Below are positions 42,855 to 47,010 of a stretch of DNA of 47,010 nt, one piece after another. The position numbers and the translations under genes were made by a program. This DNA is from a virus. A model generated the notes under the pieces. That model was given only the letters and a program-made list of their open reading frames with translations, was not told the DNA's origin and searched no databases. Location of the stretch: UHGV virus genome UHGV-1364479; one strand, 5' to 3'. Every line of letters starts with the position of its first letter. Within the stretch, counting starts at the first letter, position 1.

Positions 42855-42885
42855 CAAAGCCCCTTTCGGGGCTTTTTCTTTATTA
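42855..42885. terminator. bidirectional terminator (AAAGCCCC-TTTC-GGGGCTTT + T-run)
   Basis: Between convergent moron and major tail gene. Confidence 0.65.
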
Positions 42886-43599
42886 GGATACAGTGCACGC
42901 CGTGCTGATAATAATTTCAGGGTCAGTAGACGAGTCAGTGACGGTAACTGTATACACGCCAGCGGTGGGGGTTGACAGTGATGCTCCTGATTCACCACTA
43001 ACCACCACGCCATCTTTGCGCCATACATAAGTGTAAGGAGCAACACCGCCTTCAACAGCAACGGTTAACGGGCTGCCAGCAGTGCCAGTCGATTGCAGGT
43101 CGGTAGTGAATGCCAGAGGTTCAAGGCTTTCAACGGTAACGCTGTCAGAATCGTAAACCTTGAACTCAAGACTGCCAGTCACGATGTCGTTCGTGCCACC
43201 TTCGTAACTGATGCTGGTGATGTTGCAGTATGCGGTAACGATAGTTGCACCAGTAACCTGACGCACCCACAAAGAAGGCTGGCGACGCGCCTTCAGTTCA
43301 GTGGCGTAAATCTCAACCAGTCGGTGAAAGCCAAACTCATCGCTTGGGTCATTTTTGCGGATTTCAACCTCTGCACTGATGGTCATGTCAGAGCTGGTAA
43401 CGAGAGTGGAAACAAATCCGCCAGCGGTATCCGCTTCCGACGTAGTAGTCTGCGGCGAGTAGTCAACGCCTTTACTGGTGGTTGAGCCTAAATACTTCCA
43501 GTCTCCGGCCTCAGGAACTGCGTCACCGCACCCTTCAGCAAGGAACAGTCGGGTCATGCGACCGACCAGAACGCCTTTATCATTTGCACAAATAGCCAT
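42883..43599 (-). CDS. major tail protein (lambda V-like) with C-terminal Ig-like domain
   Basis: 238 aa, RBS GGAGATCGAA; C-terminal about 90 aa Ig-like (TAGSPLTVAVEGGVAPYTYVWRKDGVVV...GVYTVTVTD). Confidence 0.7.
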   Translation of the reverse strand: MAICANDKGVLVGRMTRLFLAEGCGDAVPEAGDWKYLGSTTSKGVDYSPQTTTSEADTAGGFVSTLVTSSDMTISAEVEIRKNDPSDEFGFHRLVEIYATELKARRQPSLWVRQVTGATIVTAYCNITSISYEGGTNDIVTGSLEFKVYDSDSVTVESLEPLAFTTDLQSTGTAGSPLTVAVEGGVAPYTYVWRKDGVVVSGESGASLSTPTAGVYTVTVTDSSTDPEIIISTACTVS

Positions 43600-43650
43600 T
43601 TCGATCTCCGAATTGTGTTAGCTGCTAACGCGGTGATTATATCACAGGTG

Positions 43651-43679
43651 TTGACATCGATTATTTTGTGGTGTAGATT
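43651..43679 (+). promoter_or_regulatory. sigma70-like promoter TTGACA-N17-TAGATT (conserved family) driving leader + tRNA genes; upstream GTGATTATATCAC palindrome
   Basis: ttgacatcgattattttgtggtgtagatt; gtgattatatcac 43632-43644. Confidence 0.55.
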
Positions 43680-44168
43680 GTATTTCAGATGGTTTTCGTG
43701 AGCGACTTTGCGGACTTTTTAGAAACTGACCACAAAGATAAATGCAAACGATGATGTTGTTCTGATGGCGGCGTAATAGCCTGTAAGTCAGCAAGGTATT
43801 CCGATTCCTTGTAAACAAATTCGGCGCACTGGCCCGGTGTGATTAATAATGGGCACACAACAGGTAAGAGCATTGGTGTACCAGAAGCCCGTGGGTTATG
43901 GCTAAGGAGTCCCAAGTGAGCGCATCAGTGCTCTTTCCGTTGTGGTGAATGCGCAGGCTGATGCGCAGTGGGACGTGGCTGACTCACGAGGATGGCTCAA
44001 GCGAATAAGCAAGCTCGACGCCGCCGAATAAGCGCCTTATGCCGGAGATCAGCACCGGCCACCACAACACTTAATATCCAGCATTATCGCAATCATATGT
44101 AGGGGTATGTATGGGTTACGGGCTGGATATTAAGAAAGCACGCTGGCAATGCTTAAACCAGCACTTAT

Positions 44169-44245
44169 GGACGCGTAGCTTAATTGGTTAAAGCAACCGA
44201 CTCATAATCGGCTGATTGAAGGTTCAAATCCGTCCGTGTCCACCA
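44169..44245 (+). tRNA. tRNA-Met (anticodon CAU), CCA encoded
   Basis: Cloverleaf: acceptor GGACGCG/CGTGTCC, D-stem GCTT/AAGC, anticodon loop CTCATAA, T-loop TTCAAAT; one mismatch each in anticodon and T stems. Confidence 0.6.
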
Positions 44246-44251
44246 AATTAA

Positions 44252-44324
44252 ACACCATTAGCTCAACGGATAGAGCAGTAGCCTTCTAAGCTATTGGTTG
44301 CAGGTTCGAGTCCTGCATGGTGTG
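44252..44324 (+). tRNA. tRNA-Arg (anticodon UCU)
   Basis: Acceptor ACACCAT/ATGGTGT perfect, D-stem GCTC/GAGC, anticodon loop CTTCTAA, T-stem GCAGG/CCTGC, T-loop TTCGAGT. Confidence 0.7.
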
Positions 44325-44329
44325 ACAAA

Positions 44330-44360
44330 TTAAAAGCCGCTTCGTGCGGCTTTATTTATT
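44330..44360. terminator. bidirectional terminator (AAAAGCCGC-TTCGT-GCGGCTTT + T-rich)
   Basis: Immediately after tRNA-Arg and after stop of minus-strand gene. Confidence 0.6.
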
Positions 44361-44730
44361 TCACAACCCGCAAAAGCAACTCATGCACAGGTCGCTTCTC
44401 TTCCGTCAACATCGGCCTTCCGAGCGGTGCCTGCAACTGGATGTAGTTAACGCATGAATCAATAGGGTGCGTTTTGATGTATTCGATAATCTCCAGAGCT
44501 TTGGCATCAACATCAGCAACGTTGTACTGACCTTGCTTGCCGACAATATACAACGAGAAATAGAAATCACCACCGAGTCCATCCATCACCTGCGTGCCAC
44601 CATTGGATTGCAGAACAATAAATTGCTCGCTGCCATCTCCGGTGTCGTTCCAGAACTGCAACTGCGAAGTCCAGCCATCATACAATCCTGCATCCTGAAG
44701 ATATGCATCAACCAGTTCAAGCATATTCAC
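44356..44730 (-). CDS. putative tail terminator / tail completion protein (lambda U position)
   Basis: 124 aa, last connector gene before major tail gene. Confidence 0.4.
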   Translation of the reverse strand: MNMLELVDAYLQDAGLYDGWTSQLQFWNDTGDGSEQFIVLQSNGGTQVMDGLGGDFYFSLYIVGKQGQYNVADVDAKALEIIEYIKTHPIDSCVNYIQLQAPLGRPMLTEEKRPVHELLLRVVK

Positions 44731-45191
44731 AGCTTCATCTCCTTCTTAATCGCGCCATCAACAAGGTCTTTTGTGCGTTGCGCCGCTTTGGTCAGGAATT
44801 GCGGTTCGGCATTTGGGTCCCAATAGTTACCTGTCAGTGAGCCGCCGCCAAATTCCTTAACCTGTTTCGGGCCGAACTCTGACCTGTTACTGGTTTTGCC
44901 AAAATGAGCGCGCGGCTTCCCTTTTAGTGTCCCCGGAGCACGGTGAACATATAGAGCATAATCAGCTGAATAACCTATTTTCCCTGTTATTCTCGTTCCA
45001 GATACTTCCACCGTATCATACTGACTATTGATAAGGGTGGAAGTATCAATTGGCGTTATTGTTGCCGCTTCTGTGCGAATGATAAAGTTGGCACTCTTAA
45101 TCGCCCTTACTGCCTTTTCGGCTGTAATTGTGCCGACAATCTGCTCAGTCTGTCTTATTGCCTCTTTGATGCCTCTTAGTTTCGCTGGCAT
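44727..45191 (-). CDS. putative head-tail joining protein (HK97 gp10-like / lambda Z position)
   Basis: 154 aa, ATGA-coupled. Confidence 0.4.
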   Translation of the reverse strand: MPAKLRGIKEAIRQTEQIVGTITAEKAVRAIKSANFIIRTEAATITPIDTSTLINSQYDTVEVSGTRITGKIGYSADYALYVHRAPGTLKGKPRAHFGKTSNRSEFGPKQVKEFGGGSLTGNYWDPNAEPQFLTKAAQRTKDLVDGAIKKEMKL

Positions 45192-45538
45192 TATGTCACC
45201 AGTACGAAATCAGGTGGCTCAGCGCGATTGAACGTATTACCATAATTAATCACATTCAGAATCTGGTTTGCGCCAGCCGCCAGCGGGTCAGCTTCTGTTA
45301 ACGTGCCGATCATGATGTAATCGCCAACGTTAGCGTCAGTGTATTCTGTCCAGAAAGTATTCTTCTGCACAATCTCATTTCCTTTCGCGTCAGTCGATAC
45401 ATCATCGTTAAAGCCATAATCACACATGATGCTCACTGGCGCGCCAAAGGTCGGCTTTCCGTACTTGTCGGTTCCGGTCTTGTGCCAGATGGTGCATGGC
45501 TGCGTATAGCTCCAGTTAGCAAGCGAAGTCATTTGCAC
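45191..45538 (-). CDS. putative head closure / head-tail adaptor protein
   Basis: 115 aa in connector block. Confidence 0.4.
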   Translation of the reverse strand: MQMTSLANWSYTQPCTIWHKTGTDKYGKPTFGAPVSIMCDYGFNDDVSTDAKGNEIVQKNTFWTEYTDANVGDYIMIGTLTEADPLAAGANQILNVINYGNTFNRAEPPDFVLVT

Positions 45539-45921
45539 TTACTCCCGCGCACAACCGCAAACCACGGCTTACCGCTTCCGTCAGGGTCTTCCACCAAATC
45601 GCCAGTGCATCCGGCTGTGTCCAGTAGTTTCATCTGATTGTACAGCGCCACCCACGGCTTGCTGCCATACGCGAATGATTGTGATGCTCCAGATGGTGCG
45701 CTCTGACTGGTAACGTAGCGCCCTGCGGTATTTGCGCTAATCAGGATGGAAGCCCACAGCATGATCGCATTTTGTCGGCATTCATCATTAGGATAGTTCA
45801 GTTCAAGACACTCGCTGATTGATGCCACAAGACACAGAATGCCAGACGCATCCGTTGTGGTGATAGTCATTCCACGGGATGCCATCTGGCTTACTAATTC
45901 TTCAGGTGTTGGTGCTGTCAT
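45529..45921 (-). CDS. putative head-tail connector protein
   Basis: ORF 45529..45957; ATG 45921 after GGGAG. Confidence 0.4.
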   Translation of the reverse strand: MTAPTPEELVSQMASRGMTITTTDASGILCLVASISECLELNYPNDECRQNAIMLWASILISANTAGRYVTSQSAPSGASQSFAYGSKPWVALYNQMKLLDTAGCTGDLVEDPDGSGKPWFAVVRGSKCK

Positions 45922-46186
45922 TCTTCTTTGACTCCCGTACTTTCCACCACATTTCAAACAGATTCTTTATTACCAGAGACAGAGCTCCGAGGATTGACGC
46001 TACTGCCGCCCACTCTGTCAGGCTGTGTGGAATCATCGCCTCAAAATAAGATTGCGTGACAGGTGTTTGCTCTGCAACTTTCAGACCGATACCAGTACCA
46101 ATAGAAGCGTATCCGGCCTTGTCAATCACCTGCCCCGTCGTCCCGCTTATAACTTGCTCTGCGACTTGCCTTAGTGTCCCGTTCAT
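45902..46186 (-). CDS. hypothetical protein with C-terminal TM helix, 94 aa
   Basis: Hydrophobic WAAVASILGALSLVIKNLF. Confidence 0.45.
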   Translation of the reverse strand: MNGTLRQVAEQVISGTTGQVIDKAGYASIGTGIGLKVAEQTPVTQSYFEAMIPHSLTEWAAVASILGALSLVIKNLFEMWWKVRESKKNDSTNT

Positions 46187-46218
46187 TGCGTGTCTCGCTG
46201 ATGATATGTTTCCAGCAC

Positions 46219-46659
46219 TTATAGATTTGAATCAGCGAAAAAACAATGGCGACCACGCCAAGAATAATGTCCAATTTCGCCGCCCCATTTAAAAGTGATG
46301 GAAAGGATGAGCAGATGGATGCCGATAATAATAAATGCGTACTGCGCATGAAGCGGCGTTTCTACAGGCGTGATAAATTCCCATACGAATGACTCTATCG
46401 CTACCAGCCATTCGTAAAGGCTCATCGTCAGCACGCAGAGCGCCATCTTTGTACTTTTGCGCAGCGCAATAGCCGGAAACAACCAGACCATAGACTGCGC
46501 AAGGTAATACAGATATTCGGCGGAAAATGAATCAACAAGCACCCATCCAAGATACACAGACATCACCATTGCCGGAATGAACACCAGAAACGCAATCATG
46601 CCTGTGCAGGCAAAACCCAGCACATACATGATCATGATGGCAACATCTGCGCCGAACAT
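46219..46659 (-). CDS. polytopic membrane protein, 146 aa (4-5 TM)
   Basis: Multiple hydrophobic helices; TAATG-coupled to upstream microgene. Confidence 0.5.
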   Translation of the reverse strand: MFGADVAIMIMYVLGFACTGMIAFLVFIPAMVMSVYLGWVLVDSFSAEYLYYLAQSMVWLFPAIALRKSTKMALCVLTMSLYEWLVAIESFVWEFITPVETPLHAQYAFIIIGIHLLILSITFKWGGEIGHYSWRGRHCFFADSNL

Positions 46660-46778
46660 TATTTTTTACCGCGCGATGGTGAACGGGTGGAGCCGTTTGG
46701 CTTCACTGCGCCAGTTTTGCCGCCGGTTTTGGTATTGCCAGCAGCGCGAGAGCGAGACGGACCGTTTGTTGAACCCAT
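46659..46778 (-). CDS. basic microprotein, 39 aa (MGSTNGPSRSRAAGNTKTGGKTGAVKPNGSTRSPSRGKK)
   Basis: RBS AGGGGA before ATG; first ORF of leftward late operon. Confidence 0.35.
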   Translation of the reverse strand: MGSTNGPSRSRAAGNTKTGGKTGAVKPNGSTRSPSRGKK

Positions 46779-46825
46779 GTTTAAATCCCCTGTTGTTTGG
46801 TTAGCATGATTTTAGCATATTCATG

Positions 46826-46854
46826 TTGACGTAGATTGAAGTGGCGTTTATAGT
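46826..46854 (+). promoter_or_regulatory. sigma70-like promoter TTGACG-N17-TATAGT (conserved family)
   Basis: ttgacgtagattgaagtggcgtttatagt; second GACGTAGAAAC copy at 46859. Confidence 0.5.
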
Positions 46855-46895
46855 TAGCGACGTAGAAACAACAATAAATGTTAGAGGTGGTGAAG

Positions 46896-47010
46896 ATGAA
46901 AGAATTTAAAGGTACGCCGGGGCCGTGGTCTTGGGATGGGGCTGTGTTATGCAATAAGGATTTTATTGTCGGAGGAGGTGGGCACTCTTTCCATAACAAG
47001 GCCAACAAGG
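46896..47010 (+). CDS. 5' end of a CDS running off the window (MKEFKGTPGPWSWDGAVLCNKDF...)
   Basis: RBS AGAGGTGGTGAAG before ATG 46896; open to window end. Confidence 0.4.
   Translation, partial: MKEFKGTPGPWSWDGAVLCNKDFIVGGGGHSFHNKANK

Noticed and set aside
43685-43915. 76-aa minus-strand ORF in the tRNA leader
   Set aside because: It has no RBS, it runs opposite to the only promoter in the region, and its composition is atypical.
44020-44060. REP-like sequence (GCGCCTTATGCCGGAG) as evidence of a prophage-host junction
   Set aside because: No integrase or att duplication was found, and phage genes continue on both sides. I kept it only as a note inside the tRNA-leader finding.

Overview
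The window reads as an almost complete genome (about 47 kb) of a tailed dsDNA phage of an enterobacterial, E. coli-like host. It has no ribosomal, CRISPR or host housekeeping genes, and no integrase or recombinase is recognisable, so it is more likely a virulent phage than a prophage. The host call rests on sigma70-type promoters and on a protein tail identical to the E. coli SSB C-terminus.

Layout:
- 1-2 kb (+): a DGQHR/ParB-like protein, a Zn-ribbon ORF, small ORFs and a 178-aa protein.
- 2-6 kb (-): head genes, comprising major capsid protein, decoration protein and protease/scaffold.
- 6-8.5 kb (-): small early-type genes, including a Lar-like restriction-alleviation protein.
- 8.6-10.2 kb and 11.9-13.2 kb (+): two moron-like islands, each with its own promoter and terminator.
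- 10.2-11.8 kb (-): lysis cassette with a lambda-R-like endolysin, a holin candidate, Rz with embedded Rz1, and a truncated P22-type lysozyme remnant.
- 13.2-15.6 kb (-): MuF-like head morphogenesis protein and portal.
- 15.6-17.1 kb (-): small genes.
- 17.3-18.5 kb (+): a YhhQ-like transporter and a DpdA-like transglycosylase, a candidate 7-deazaguanine DNA-modification module.
- 18.5-20.9 kb (-): terminase large subunit, an HNH-AP2 endonuclease, terminase small subunit.
- 21-23.2 kb (-): early microgenes.
- about 23.3-23.8 kb: AT-rich region with GCTTCCC iterons, a candidate origin of replication.
- 23.9-32.7 kb (+): replication and recombination module. It holds a Prim-Pol primase-helicase, an ASCH protein, a Sak4-like ATPase, a Gp157-like protein, an SSB-like protein with an E. 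coli SSB tail, an SF2 helicase and a VRR-NUC nuclease.
- 32.7-43.6 kb (-): lambda-like tail module (tailspike, J-, K-, L- and M-like proteins, tape measure, chaperone, major tail protein), with a secreted-protein moron inserted on the + strand.
- 44.17-44.32 kb (+): tRNA-Met(CAU) and tRNA-Arg(UCU), behind a roughly 470-nt structured leader.
- 44.4-46.8 kb (-): head-tail connector genes and two membrane proteins.

Main observations:
- A conserved sigma70-like promoter cassette, TTGAC(G/A)-17 bp-TAGATT, recurs at least 7 times.
- A second motif, TTGTGATAGAAT, precedes both the lysis cassette and the terminase small subunit.
- The VRR-NUC nuclease gene carries an in-frame amber codon. Downstream of it lies an SSB-type Gln-rich linker and a PMDFDDSIPF acidic tip.
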